This document shows positions 1-12,977 of a stretch of 64,000 nt of DNA, piece after piece. The position numbers and the translations under genes are program-made. The stretch lies in the NCBI RefSeq assembly GCF_001194135.2, contig NC_068982.1:147579466-147643465 (forward strand), written 5' to 3'. Position 1 is the stretch's first letter; every line of letters begins with the position of its first letter. Source of the DNA: Octopus bimaculoides. Taxonomy: Eukaryota. The notes beneath the pieces are model-generated. The model was not told where the DNA came from, did not search any database, and was given only the letters and a program-made list of their open reading frames with translations.

Positions 1-64
<64 letters not shown>

Positions 65-295
65 TATACGTATATATATATATATGCATATACGTATGTA
101 TGTATGTATGTATGTTTGTATAGACACATCATACACACATACATATGATATATGTGTCTGTGTGTGTATTTATCATTTTGACATATTTACAACAGAGAAA
201 ATTTTAAACCTAAAGAAATAAACCTTTACGGCGAGGAAAAATTAATATCAGTCATTCACTAATACACAGTTTATTAATATTTGCATTGATCATTC

Positions 296-810
296 AGTTT
301 GGCAGAATCGTTTACACGCCAAGTAAACATGGTTGGTATTTCGGCACTCTTTTCATTCTGAGTTCAAATTCCGCCGATGTCGGCTATGCCTTTTATTCTT
401 TCGGGCTCGATAAATTAAGTACCAGTTGCTTACTAGAATCGATCTAATCGACTGGCCCCCTCCCCAAAAATACTGGGCCTTGTGCTTAGAGTAGAAAGGA
501 ATACTTAAGGCGGCGAACTAGCAGAAACATTAGCGTTATTTCGTCTTAGCGTTATTTCGTCTGTCTTTATGTTCTGAGTTCAAATTCTGCAGAGCTCGAC
601 TTTGCCTTTCTTCCTTTCGTGGTCGATAAATTAAGTACCAGTTGCGTACTGGAGTCGATATAATCGACTGGCACCTCCCCCAAAATTTCAGACTTTGTGC
701 CTAGAGTGGTAAAGAATGAAATAAGTGCCAGTTGAAAACTGGAGTCGGTATAATTAAATTACTTCTTCACCCCGAAGCTGATATCTTCGTGTCAAAATTT
801 GGAATCAATA
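296..810 (+). mobile_element. Two head-to-tail copies plus a partial third of tRNA-derived SINE family A
   Basis: A-box-like tggcagaatcg, B-box gagttcaaattcc, central gcctttcatcctttcggggtcgataaattaagtaccagt domain (recalled as resembling the MetaSINE domain) and a gccttgtgcctagagtagaaa tail. Confidence 0.85.
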
Positions 811-1278
811 TCGCATTATCTCTGCAAGTATAAGGTAGTCCACCCAGTGATGAGTCGCGAGTACATATGATTTGGTGACAGGTACTGAGCTTTTACTAAT
901 TGTTTTAGGTGTATAGGTAACCGTGTGTAATCATGGATTTACTCTCAGACCTTCCGCCTCTGACACTGCAGCACACCATCCATGTGGTCGGTAGATGGAG
1001 AAAGATAAGGGTAGAAATAGAAAGAGAGAGCCGGGATGGCTGCACCAGCGTCTAGGTAGTCCTTATTTGCTGCAGAATACATACAGCAACGGGAGAAGAT
1101 GTGCCTCACTTAAGGACACAGTCTACTGCTCTTTCCTGAAGTTGAACCCTTCACTCATGATCATGTACCGAGCACCCTATATACTAGGCTTCACGCCTTT
1201 ACAACTACGGCACGCAATCTGGATACGTTCTGGTATCACGAGACGTGATCCGTAAAACAGAATTCGCTGTTCATTGCG

Positions 1279-1330
<52 letters not shown>

Positions 1331-1333
<3 letters not shown>

Positions 1334-1478
1334 GACGGCCTTCTTTCAGCTTTCGTCTATCAAATCCACTCACAAGGCTTTGGTCATTCTTAGGCGACAG
1401 TAGAAGGCACTTGACCAAGGTGCCACTGAACAGGGAACCATGTGTTTGAGAAGAAAGCTTCTTACCTCACAGCCACAT
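1331..1478 (-). mobile_element. SINE family C/D, 5' head fragment
   Basis: Reverse complement reads gtggctgtgaggtaagaagc...cttggtcaagtgccttctac...gccttgtgagtggatttg; homologous to 40260-40390 and 61190-61265. Confidence 0.7.
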
Positions 1479-2499
1479 GTTATATATGTGTGTGTGTGTG
1501 TTCATTCTGTATAAGTGCAAATACTGAAGAGGGAAAAAAATAATACATGAAAGAGAAACATCAGCGTGTAACTTTTTCATAATTTCAATTTAAAGTACAT
1601 AAATTTATTTTACATTGAATCCTAGAATTGAGTTTTACATACACACACACATACGCGTATATGTACTTATATATATATATATATATATAAGTACGCATAT
1701 ATGTACGTATATGTGTGTGTGTGCAAAAACTAATAAAAAAAAAGTAGAAATAATTATTATGATTAACGTTTCACCCGAGAAGGGATAGAAATGTGCGCAT
1801 AATATGGAAAAGAAATCAGAATTAGAAAATTAAAAAAAAAAGCAGAAGAGCAAAATAAAATAAGACAAAACATATTTTCATAGGATATTCCTTCATGGTG
1901 TATTCATTTATTTACTGGTTTATTCATAACTTCGATTTTGTATATAATTGTTCATGTTTTTTTTTTAGTTGCTTCTTATTGTCTTTTCTTTTATCCTGCT
2001 TTTTTTCCGTCAGGACTGAACTTCGATTTTGTATATAATTGTTCATGTTTTTTTTAGTTGCTTCTTATTGTCTTTTCTTTTATCCTGCTTTTTGTTCCGT
2101 CAGGACTGGAGTTAAATTCCACTTTATTTATTTTTTTTTACTTTCTTTTACATTTCGTTTGATTTATTTTTCTTTTAGAAATATTTTTTTTCATTTACTG
2201 TTCTTTTTATTTGTTTTAGATATCAACTATTGTTTTTTTTTATACTTGTTTTTTTTTTCTGTGTTGTTTTACTCAATGTGTTGTCGTTGTTGTAATTTTG
2301 TTGTAGTTGTTGTCGTGCATGTGTGGTCTGTAATTCTGTCTTATTTTGTTGTCAGTCTGTCATGGTGACCAAAGATATTTTTTAGCTTGAAAACGAAAAA
2401 AAAAAGAAAAAGAAAAAATAATAATCGTTTTAAAAAACATTAAAAACATACTTAGTTTAAATATTTTTGCAAACAACAACAGTCACAATAATAATAACG

Positions 2500-5407
2500 G
2501 TTTCAAATTTTGGCACAAGGCCAGCAATTTTAGGTGGAGGGGTAAGTAGATTGCATTGACCCACGTGCTAAACTGGTATTTATTTTAACGGCCCTAGAAG
2601 GATGAAAGGCAAAGCCGATCTGGGTGGGATTTGAAATCAGAACGTAAAGAGCAAGAAGAAACCCCTTTAAGTAGTTTCTTCCACGCGCGAACATTTCTGC
2701 CAGCTCGTTGCCTGCGTCACAGTAATATACTAATCCTTTTTTCTATAGACACAAGGCCTGAGATTTGGGAGCGGTGCTTGTCGATTACAACGATACCAGT
2801 GTGTACTTGGTACTTTTATCATCGTACCCGGAAGGCTGAAAAACAAAGTCGATCTCCACGGAATTTGAACACAGAGCAAACAGAAGAAATGCCGCCTAGC
2901 ATTTCATCCGACGCGCTAATGATTCTGCCAGGTTGCCGTCTTGGTCACAAAAATAATATTCCTTTCTACTATAGTCCCAATGCCAGGAATTTCGGGGGAA
3001 GATAAAATCGATTACATCGACCCCAGTGTTTAACTGGTGCTTATATTATCGACCCCAAAAGGAGGAACGGTTAAGTCGACGTCTGCGAGATTTGAACTCA
3101 GAATGTACAGACGGACGAAGTGCTGCTAAGCATTTTGTCCGGCGTGCTAACAATTCTGTCAACTCATCGCCTTGGTCACAAGAATAATATTAATAGTATT
3201 TTTTTTCTACAACAGCAACAAGGTCAGATATTTGGGGGCTGGACATTGGTGTACCATCACTTACATTGTTTCTATTTAATGACTGGTTGTTATATATCTA
3301 TTATATGTCAAACTTGACAAGTGAATAGTGAAGTCTACCACTGTGTGACTAAACTCACAATGGAAAACGCCTGTAAACTAAAGCAGCAACAAATTTTATC
3401 TGACGCCTTTTTAAATATGTCGACTATCTTAAAATTAACCAATTAATACAGAGCTCATATTTACTTGTGGAAGGATGATGCATATTTACTTTATCGAACT
3501 CGGAAAGAAGAAAGGCAAAGTTTAGCTCAGTGTGATTTGAACTCAGAAGTTAAAGAGGCATTACTAAATACCGTAAGAGATTTGTCCATACCTCTATCAG
3601 TTCTGATATTCACTGACCTTAATATAAAGCTATCAATTGTGGTGGAGTTGATTGTCGATAATATCGACGCCAGTACTTGACTAATACTTTATCAACTCCC
3701 ATGGAATGAATTGCTAAATTGACATCAGCAAGATTTGAACTCATAACATACGGAGATGGAAAAAATATCGCAAGGTTTTTTTTGTCCGGCTCAGCCATTC
3801 CTATCAACCACTAACTTTAGAGTAGTAACAGTAGCAGTTTCTGTTTTAAAGACAAGCACAGCAAATTTTAGGGAAGGAGATTAGTCGATGCCATCGTTCC
3901 AGTACTGGACTGGTACTTTATTTAAAGCATCCCGAATGGCAAAGTTGACCTCATCGGGATTTGAACTCGGGATTTGAGAATGTAGAAAGCATTTCTCGGC
4001 GCGCTGACAATATTTTGTCAGTTCATCGCTTTAGTAATATTTTTTTGTAATTTTGGCACAAGGCCAGCAGTTCAAGGGAGAAAGGGTATATCGACTACTT
4101 CGAACCGCAGTATTTGACTCTTACTTTATTTTAACAACCCCCGAAAGAATAGAAGATAAAGTTAACCTATATTGTATCTGAACTTAGTGTATAAAGAGTC
4201 GGACGTTGTGCTGCTAAGCATTTCGTCCGATGCTATAACGATTCTGTCGATTTACCATATGAAAAATAATAATTCTTTCCAATATTTGGCACAAAGCCAG
4301 TAATTTTGAAGGGAGAAGAGTAGTCGATAACATCGACGCCATTTCTTAAACTAGTAATTTATTATATCGACCTCGAAAGAATGAAATACAAGGCTGACAT
4401 CTGTGGGAGATGAATTCAGGACGTAAAGAGCCAGAGCAAACAATTCATGGCATTTTTTCGTCGCTTTAACAATTCCCTCAGCTTGCCTTTCTTACTAATA
4501 ATCCTTTCTCTTATACGCACAAGGTCCGAACTATTTAGGGTAAGGAGAGTAATCGATTACATCGACCCGAGTTCTCAATTGCTATTAATTTTATCACCCC
4601 AGAACGATAAAAGGTAAAGTTGACCTCGGCGGAATTTGAACTCAGAACGTAAAGACAGAAGAAAACCTGCTAAGAATTTTGTCCGCGAACTAACGATTCA
4701 ACAAGCTCACCAACTTCCTAACATCAATAATAATCATTTCAGCTCAAGGCACAAGACTTGAAACTTTGGTGACGGAGACTAGTTGATTACATAGACCCAG
4801 TGTTTCACTGTTACTTAATTTATCGACCCCGAAAGGATGAAAGGTAAAGTGGTTCTCGGCAGAATTTAAACTCAGAACGTAAAGACAGACGAAATGCTGC
4901 GAAGCATTTTGCCTAGTTTGCTAACGATTCTGCCAACTCGCCTCCTTATCTACCTTAATAATAATAATGATACCTGATTTAGGTACAAGGCCAGCAATTT
5001 TGAAGGGAGAGAGTAAATCGACGCTATCGACCCTAGTATACAACTTGTATGTTATTTAATAAACTTCAAAAAGATGAAATGCAATGTCAACTTAGGCAAG
5101 ATTTGAACTGAGAATGCAAAGAGCAGAGACAGCTACTGAGAGGTATTTTCAACGAAGCCCTTATGATTCTGCCAGCTCGATGCCTTAATATTCTTTTCTA
5201 CTCTAGTCACAAGGCCCAAAATATTGGAGGAAGGGGCCAGTCAATTATATCGACTCCAGTACGTAACCGGTACTTAATTTATCGTCCCCGAAAGGATGAA
5301 AGGCAAAGTCGACTTCGGTGGAATTTGAACTCAGAACGTAAAGACAGACGAAATACTGCAAAGCATTTCGCCCGGTGTGCTAACGTTTCTGTTAGCTCGC
5401 CGCCTTT
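2500..5407 (-). mobile_element. Head-to-tail array of about 13 degenerate SINE-A copies
   Basis: Recurring units of ~200-240 bp that start on + with cacaaggcc, contain atcgacccc-gaaaggatgaaaggcaaagtcgac and tttgaactcagaac, and end in cagctcgccgcctt. Short (AAT)-rich spacers separate them. Confidence 0.88.
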
Positions 5408-6350
5408 CGACACCTTAATATTGTTAATAGGAACACAACTAATATGAATAATGTCAAATCATATAACAATATAGTTTGTTTAAAAATTCTTGATTATTTA
5501 AGCGATCAAAGTTTGGAGCTTAAGTGTATTTCCTTTTACTTGTTGCTAATGCGGTGGTTGTTAATATTTTATCAATTTCAGGAAAGGGACTGTGGATATG
5601 CTGGTGTAGTTGCTAATAAAATATAGTCAAATTATACTGTTTCCAATAATTATTTTATCGATTGGTAGCTTAATTTAACGATTTCCGAAAAAAACAAATG
5701 CCAAAGTAAATGGGAGCCAGATTTCGAATATACCCAGAGAACGTACAGGGACGTAACCAAATACCTAGAGGTATTTTATGAAACCCTCCACTAAATTTGT
5801 CATCCATCCGCCATATTAAAAAATTGCAGTTACTTAATTTGCTGAAATAGAGTGAAATACTTTCACTTTCTAATATTATAGGATTATTATTCTTATTTTC
5901 ATATACACACAACAGATTAGACTGTTGGAAAAGAAAAAATCCAAACATCGGGTTACAACAAAATCCTAATATCAGGCTATTATCATTATCATTATCTATT
6001 ATCTATTATTATTGGTTTATTTATTTATTTATTCACTTTTCTGTTATAATGCAATTTTCTATTGATATAAAAAAATTTCTTAACAGAAGAAAATTGTTCG
6101 ACACACACAAACTTATATACACACACACACAAAAATAAAAAAGAAAAGAAAATTAAACAAAACAAACAAATTCAGTTGCTTTGATATTTCCATACCACTT
6201 CTTCATTGATTTTATAATTTCTCTATTTATTTGTGTGTGTACATACATACATACATACCTGTATGCACACACACACACACACATAACTTCAATCGTTATC
6301 AATATTGAATTTTATTCTAAGCAATCTTTATCAACTTTCTTCATCAATAA

Positions 6351-6388
<38 letters not shown>

Positions 6389-6551
6389 GCGAGTTTAATT
6401 TATCAGTCTTTTTATTATTGTTGTTACTGTTGATGTTTTTTGGAGACGATGAAATTGTTATGATTGTTGCAATGCAAATATATAAATGTAAATGTTATAT
6501 GCAAATGTAATGCTGTAATGTTGTCACAATTGTCCGTCTACCATACACATG

Positions 6552-6584
<33 letters not shown>

Positions 6585-7210
6585 NNNNNNNNNNNNNNNN
6601 NNNNNNNNNNNNNNNNNNNNNNNNNNNNNNNNNNNNNNNNNNNNNNNNNNNNNNNNNNNNNNNNNNNNNNNNNNNNNNNNNNNNNNNNNNNNNNNNNNNN
6701 NNNNNNNNNNNNNNNNNNNNNNNNNNNNNNNNNNNNNNNNNNNNNNNNNNNNNNNNNNNNNNNNNNNNNNNNNNNNNNNNNNNNNNNNNNNNNNNNNNNN
6801 NNNNNNNNNNNNNNNNNNNNNNNNNNNNNNNNNNNNNNNNNNNNNNNNNNNNNNNNNNNNNNNNNNNNNNNNNNNNNNNNNNNNNNNNNNNNNNNNNNNN
6901 NNNNNNNNNNNNNNNNNNNNNNNNNNNNNNNNNNNNNNNNNNNNNNNNNNNNNNNNNNNNNNNNNNNNNNNNNNNNNNNNNNNNNNNNNNNNNNNNNNNN
7001 NNNNNNNNNNNNNNNNNNNNNNNNNNNNNNNNNNNNNNNNNNNNNNNNNNNNNNNNNNNNNNNNNNNNNNNNNNNNNNNNNNNNNNNNNNNNNNNNNNNN
7101 NNNNNNNNNNNNNNNNNNNNNNNNNNNNNNNNNNNNNNNNNNNNNNNNNNNNNNNNNNNNNNNNNNNNNNNNNNNNNNNNNNNNNNNNNNNNNNNNNNNN
7201 NNNNNNNNNN
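6585..7210. other. Assembly gap. Other large gaps: ~12275-12669, 34032-34803, 52648-53120, 60418-61012, 62925-63180
   Basis: Runs of N, mostly bordered by (TA)n or other microsatellites. Confidence 0.99.
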
Positions 7211-7229
7211 ATGTATATATATATATATA

Positions 7230-7262
<33 letters not shown>

Positions 7263-8057
7263 GGATGTGTATGTGTATGTTTTGTGTGTGTGTGTGTCCT
7301 GGTTTTTTTTCCTCTTTTGTTATCGTTTTTCACTTTTCATAATTTTTTTAAGGGTTTCTATTTTTCTCGATTTTCAGTTTGGCTGATTGACTGTTTGACA
7401 GTTATCAATTCCATTTTCCAGTACTTATTTGCAATATTTTTTTCTTTTATTATTTGTTTCCCTATTTTTTATGTTTATAGCTTTCAAAAGCTCTTAATGC
7501 TGTTGATGGTCTCCTTCAGTGTTGTTGTTGTTGGTGTTGTGATTGTTGTTGTTGTTGTGATTGTTGTTGTTGTTGTATTTCTTTTAATGTATTAATCAGC
7601 AATTTTTTTTCAAGTTCCATAAAATTTTCCCTTCCTCCCTTAGTGTTTAATTTCTGTCTTATATCAACTTCCCACCCACCCTTTCTCATTGTCATTTCCA
7701 CGTTTATTAAAGTTATTATTATTATTGTTGTTATTTTATTAAAGCAATCATTATTATTAATAAAGAAATCATCATTATTATGATTATGGTTATTATAATT
7801 TTAATTATTATTAATATTTACCATTCACACAACTTCTATTTGCTCCCACAGAGAAATATTTTGAAACGTTTTCTCGAGCTTTAACGAATGTTTTAAGATC
7901 TCGTTTGATTTTCCATTGTTTTATATTTTTGTTTGTTTTAGTTTGTTTACTTTTTCTTTTGTTTTCTTATTTCGATTTTTATCATCTTGAAGTTTCCGTT
8001 TACTTCTTAATTATTATTATAATTATTATAATTTTCTTTTTACAGTATTGAAACTTT

Positions 8058-9269
8058 TTAATCAGTTTTTACTGCCGCAGAGCTACCGTTACTGGCGTTT
8101 CCGTCAGCTGCATTGGTCCCAGAATCACTGCCAGCTGACTTCCTACCATCATTTGCATTATGCGTTTTCACATGCTTGCTAAGATGGTCGCTCCTTAGAA
8201 AACGCTTGTCACACACGGGACACGCAAACCTTTTCTCTCCTGTATGTGTTCTCTGATGGCGCTGCAACTCGTCGGAGCGGGTGAACCTTTTGCCACAGAA
8301 CAACCAGTTACAAATGAATGGACGCTCACCCGTATGCCAGCGGAGATGGGCCTTCAGGTGGGACGTCTTGTTGTATACCTTGCCGCATCCAGGAACATGA
8401 CAACTATGCACATTATTTTTGCGTAGGTGCTCGCCGGCTGGTCCTAGACGATCGGCTTCTTGACAGTTTGGGCAATCGCAACTACCACGACCCGAATATC
8501 TTTTCTGGGAACGGTTGTTACTGATACCAGATATACGAGACGGGCTCAGGTATGACGTCACATTTGTAGAACCAATCTCGTAACGAGAGGAGACTATTGA
8601 TTTGTACGTGTCTGGAAGAATACTTTGAGCAGGAGTAAGATAGTTTGACTTTGTTCCGAGAGTCATCAAATTGCTAGTGGGATAGCCAGTGGCAATTTGT
8701 CCGCAAATACGGCCCGCTTTGTTAGCGTCTTCTGATAACCATTTCGAGGGAGATTTTTGCAGGTCCCACCAAGCTGAGGTGGAATTTACCACTGATGTGT
8801 TTTCATGTCCCAGATTGTGGCTTCGGCTGCCAGGTAAATGTAGCGTCAGAGAGTCAGGTTGATGACTACGGATCTGGGACACACGATGATATATACTTTG
8901 GAAGCTGGAGGCACCCAGTGCATTATCATCATTTAATTTGTGCATCCAAGCGGATGAGTAGTCGCCTTCTGCATGACTAAATGTTGCCGTGGTTGGACAG
9001 CATATGTCACTGGTGTATGTACCTGAACAAGGTGCCAAAGCATTATTTCTGGAATAGATCAAGTCTGTACTTGTATTACTGAGAGGTGTCACTAATGGTG
9101 ACACATATGGAGAGGTAGCCGTGCTGTCAACAGAACAGTTTTCTCGCTTCCATGGTTGAAATCCTTTTCCAACAGTTTCTTCCATAATTCCCGGACCGTT
9201 TACCGTGCTAAGTTTGCTACAGGATGGTGGTAATACATCCAAGGAGATGTTCGTGAATGGATGCCGGTC
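8058..9269 (-). CDS. Sp6-9: Sp6-9 (Sp8/Sp9-like) zinc-finger transcription factor, main coding exon; upstream exon not located
   Basis: The ORF encodes [15 protein letters not shown], the Btd box ([21 protein letters not shown]) and three C2H2 fingers ([83 protein letters not shown]), all typical of the Sp6-9 clade. Stop TAA at 8058-8060. The TTG 'start' at 9281 lies in a polypyrimidine tract; the minus-strand ttttcttgtcgtttcag|GAC gives a phase-0 acceptor, so the exon starts at 9269. Confidence 0.95.
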   Translation of the reverse strand, partial: DRHPFTNISLDVLPPSCSKLSTVNGPGIMEETVGKGFQPWKRENCSVDSTATSPYVSPLVTPLSNTSTDLIYSRNNALAPCSGTYTSDICCPTTATFSHAEGDYSSAWMHKLNDDNALGASSFQSIYHRVSQIRSHQPDSLTLHLPGSRSHNLGHENTSVVNSTSAWWDLQKSPSKWLSEDANKAGRICGQIATGYPTSNLMTLGTKSNYLTPAQSILPDTYKSIVSSRYEIGSTNVTSYLSPSRISGISNNRSQKRYSGRGSCDCPNCQEADRLGPAGEHLRKNNVHSCHVPGCGKVYNKTSHLKAHLRWHTGERPFICNWLFCGKRFTRSDELQRHQRTHTGEKRFACPVCDKRFLRSDHLSKHVKTHNANDGRKSAGSDSGTNAADGNASNGSSAAVKTD

Positions 9270-9295
9270 CTGAAACGACAAGAAAAGAAAAGAAT
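9270..9295 (-). promoter_or_regulatory. 3' splice acceptor of the Sp6-9 intron
   Basis: Pyrimidine tract followed by CAG (9272-9270 on the minus strand), directly before the in-frame GAC. Confidence 0.8.
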
Positions 9296-11458
9296 GAATT
9301 CTTGGTCAGTTAGGAAAAAAAAAACTATGTTTAAATACATTAAATATATTCAGAGACACACTTCCCCACCCCTGATACACACACACACACATACACACAC
9401 ACACTTATATACAATCACACAGCAACACAAAAGAATCACATGCAAAACTCATACACAAGAACACGAACGCACGAGTAAAATACTACAAATACACGGACAC
9501 ACTCGTACATCGATTGTTGGCACTATAAAGATGTGATAGTGTTTGTAATACATGCGTGAATGTATGTCTCTAAAACATTCTTCATGCAGGAGGAATGTAT
9601 TTCCCACTGATTAGAGTATTGCACAATGAACTGAGTGGTCATTGCTTTCTGCCATTTCACCAACACCATTGTCATGACATAGGCTACGGAACTTTAAGTA
9701 AAATCTAGTACATTCTAGCTATATAAAGTGATAGTAAGACTATGATGTAAGAACTACGGTTTCTAATTTAGGTACACGCCAGCAATTTGAGGAGAGGGAC
9801 TACGTCGATTGCATCAACCCGAGTGTTGTGCTTTATTTTGTCAACACCAGAGGGATGACAGGCAGAAAGTGACCTAGACAAGATGTGAGCTGAAATCTAA
9901 ATTAAGATATATTACCAGTCAGAAATTCGGGTCGATATAATTCATATACCTCTCCTTAAATTTCAGACTTTCTGCCCACGTTAGAAACAATTATTGTTAG
10001 GTCTTGTTTTTTTTTTATTTTCTTCAGATTTTGTATTGAATTTTGAACAAAAAAACAACAAAAAAAAAACAATAGATGCATTTGTTGTTGTTTTGGTATG
10101 CTAATTCCAGAATACTTTTAACGAACCTGAAGTAGTTTTAGTCTTTAGTCCTTATTGACATTACTCGTGTTATTCTCACTAATATTTTTTACTATTGTTT
10201 TCTTTCGTCGCTTGAAACTGTTTAGTAGAATTCATTATAACGACCGCATTCGTCATTAGCTAAATAATCTCAGTTACAATCATTACCGCTGTTGTTGATG
10301 TTTTTCATTGTGTCAATGTTTTTTGTTGTTGGCGTTGTTTTTGTTGTTGGCGTTGTTTTTGTTGTTGTTGTCGTCGTTATTGTTGTTGTTGTTTTTGCAG
10401 TTGTTCTTCTAAGTTGTTATCTTTCAGTTGTCGTTATTGTTGGCAGCGTTGTTGCAACCGTCGATATTTCCGTCGTCATTCTTCGTTTTATTGTTGGCGT
10501 TATTGTCCTGAATTTATTGTTATGATTGTTTATTGTTGCTGTTGTTGTGATTGTTAACTTCCATTGTTATTTTCGTCAAGGTGTTGCAGTTGTTTATACT
10601 ATCGCTACCGTTGCTCTTGTTGGTGCTGTCCTAGTCGATGTTGTTGTTCTGTTTGCTATAATCGGTAACTTACTGTTATTGTTGTTGTTGGTATTATCAT
10701 CATGTTATAGTTGTTGTTGTTGTTCTCCTCATTCTTATTACAATTTTCATCATCAACATCATTATCGTCATTATCATTACAATATCAAACTATGAATACA
10801 CGATGATGTTTCTTGCTATAATTTTTTACTTTCTTTATCTTCTATTATTTGATTTCATTATCGTGTTTTTTTTTTGTTTTGATTCATATTATACATTTAT
10901 TTGTTTATTTCTTTGCCTGTTTTATTGCTTTTGGTGTTGTTTTCTTTTTTTCTTTATTTTACTTTTGTTCGTTCGTTATTTACGACTCTGCTCTCTCCCT
11001 CAACCTACCTCTCACCGCTTCCTATTTTGCTTTTCATTAGCAGAACGTTTTGCCGCTTTAATTAGCTCTCGTCTTCATTTGCCTGGCCTTGTTTAGATGG
11101 GGTGTGGCAGTACGTGTGGTGGTGGCGGTAGCGGTGGTGGTGGTGGTGGTGATGGTGTCGGTCTCGGTGGTGGTAGTGGTGGTGGTGGTGATAGTACTGT
11201 CGGTAGGGAATTTGTGTTCATTCAGTCAAGACACACACCATCCTCCAATTCCTCTCCATTCCTCCCCCTCTATTTTGACTGCATACACACTAAGACATAT
11301 ACACATATATACATCGCATAAACAAACATTCACACACACACACACACATTTATATATAATTCCAGCATAAATATTCAATTATACAATATATATGCATAGA
11401 TGTGTGAGTGGGTGTTTATGAAAATAAGTACATACATGTGTGTGTATGTACGTATGTA

Positions 11459-11489
<31 letters not shown>

Positions 11490-12240
11490 ATGCATGTACA
11501 TTCGTGTATGTGTGTGTGTATATATGTATATATAAGTATACATATATATATGTGTGTGTATGTGTGTGTGTATAAAGATTTGTTGTAATACTTTGTTGTA
11601 AAAATCTATAAGACTGTGTGTGAGTATATGTGTGTAATTCACACATGTGTGTATTTATATATATGTATGTTCCTATATGTGTGTATAGACTAACATTTGT
11701 GTGCTTATGCATGCATTTCTTTATTTGAAACACACACATGAACACACACACACAACTTCTACACCTACGTTGCACCTGTATTTTATAAACCACCAAAATC
11801 ACTAACGGATATATAATTTTTAAAACGTAATTATCTCAGTTCACTTTTTCTTCACACACATACACACACACACAGTCTCTCTCTTTATCTTTCTCTGTTT
11901 CTCTCTCTATATCTCTTTCTATCTTTCGTATTTATTAATGGAAATTTGATGTGGAAAATATAAAGCTAACAATCAATACATTTCCACAGCTTAATGAATA
12001 TAAGATTTTATTTCTTTTTCAGGCTCCCGCGATAATTCAGATAGAAATTATCAAGTTCGTAATTAAGCCCAATTTGGAATTGTAAAGTATATCGTTTGGA
12101 ATTCGGTACAGTTTTAAACACGAGAAAGAAACAAAGAAAGAAAGAAAGAAAATAAAATAAAACTAAATTATTACAAAAAGAAGAGAATGAATATAAAGCT
12201 ACATCCTTGTATACGCGAGTGTGTGTATGTATGTGAGTTC

Positions 12241-12274
<34 letters not shown>

Positions 12275-12669
12275 NNNNNNNNNNNNNNNNNNNNNNNNNN
12301 NNNNNNNNNNNNNNNNNNNNNNNNNNNNNNNNNNNNNNNNNNNNNNNNNNNNNNNNNNNNNNNNNNNNNNNNNNNNNNNNNNNNNNNNNNNNNNNNNNNN
12401 NNNNNNNNNNNNNNNNNNNNNNNNNNNNNNNNNNNNNNNNNNNNNNNNNNNNNNNNNNNNNNNNNNNNNNNNNNNNNNNNNNNNNNNNNNNNNNNNNNNN
12501 NNNNNNNNNNNNNNNNNNNNNNNNNNNNNNNNNNNNNNNNNNNNNNNNNNNNNNNNNNNNNNNNNNNNNNNNNNNNNNNNNNNNNNNNNNNNNNNNNNNN
12601 NNNNNNNNNNNNNNNNNNNNNNNNNNNNNNNNNNNNNNNNNNNNNNNNNNNNNNNNNNNNNNNNNNNNN

Positions 12670-12710
<41 letters not shown>

Positions 12711-12977
12711 CACGTACAAAGAAACTGACACACTCACATGCACAGATATACGCACACATATATATAGTTTAAGAAAGTAACGGTGATCCGAAGATATAAA
12801 GAAAACATTTTTAGGAGACATACAAAAATAAAGACACTAAATAATGAACCTAGAACATAGCAACAACAGCTTTAATAGCAACGACTGCTAAAATAACAGC
12901 CATAAAATCTATATCAACACCACGTTGAGAAGTTCCCAGAATGTCTAATCGAAGTGAATCAAATAAAGCTATAACTA

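Noticed and set aside
2500-5407. CRISPR-like or satellite array
   Set aside because: Units are ~200+ bp degenerate SINE copies that are also dispersed elsewhere in the window; there is no short identical repeat with unique spacers and no cas genes.
5505-5511. TCF/LEF site ATCAAAG downstream of Sp6-9
   Set aside because: A single 7-mer is expected by chance several times in 64 kb of AT-rich DNA.
6464-7595. Long ORFs here and at 12008-12821, 33933-34955, 52617-53267, 60114-61196 and 62791-63278
   Set aside because: Their length comes from N runs and flanking microsatellites.
8244-8980. Three short + strand ORFs overlapping Sp6-9
   Set aside because: Antisense shadows of a more GC-balanced coding exon, with no independent support.
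11014-11037. Candidate exon 1 ATGAAAAGCAAAATAGGAAGCG|gtgag (similar cases near 10285 and 15570)
   Set aside because: The donors are plausible but phase 1, incompatible with the phase-0 acceptor at 9269; they could only be non-coding or uORF exons.
10292-11370. Hydrophobic poly-V and poly-G ORFs on the + strand
   Set aside because: Products of (GTT)n and (GGT)n repeats, with no domain signature.
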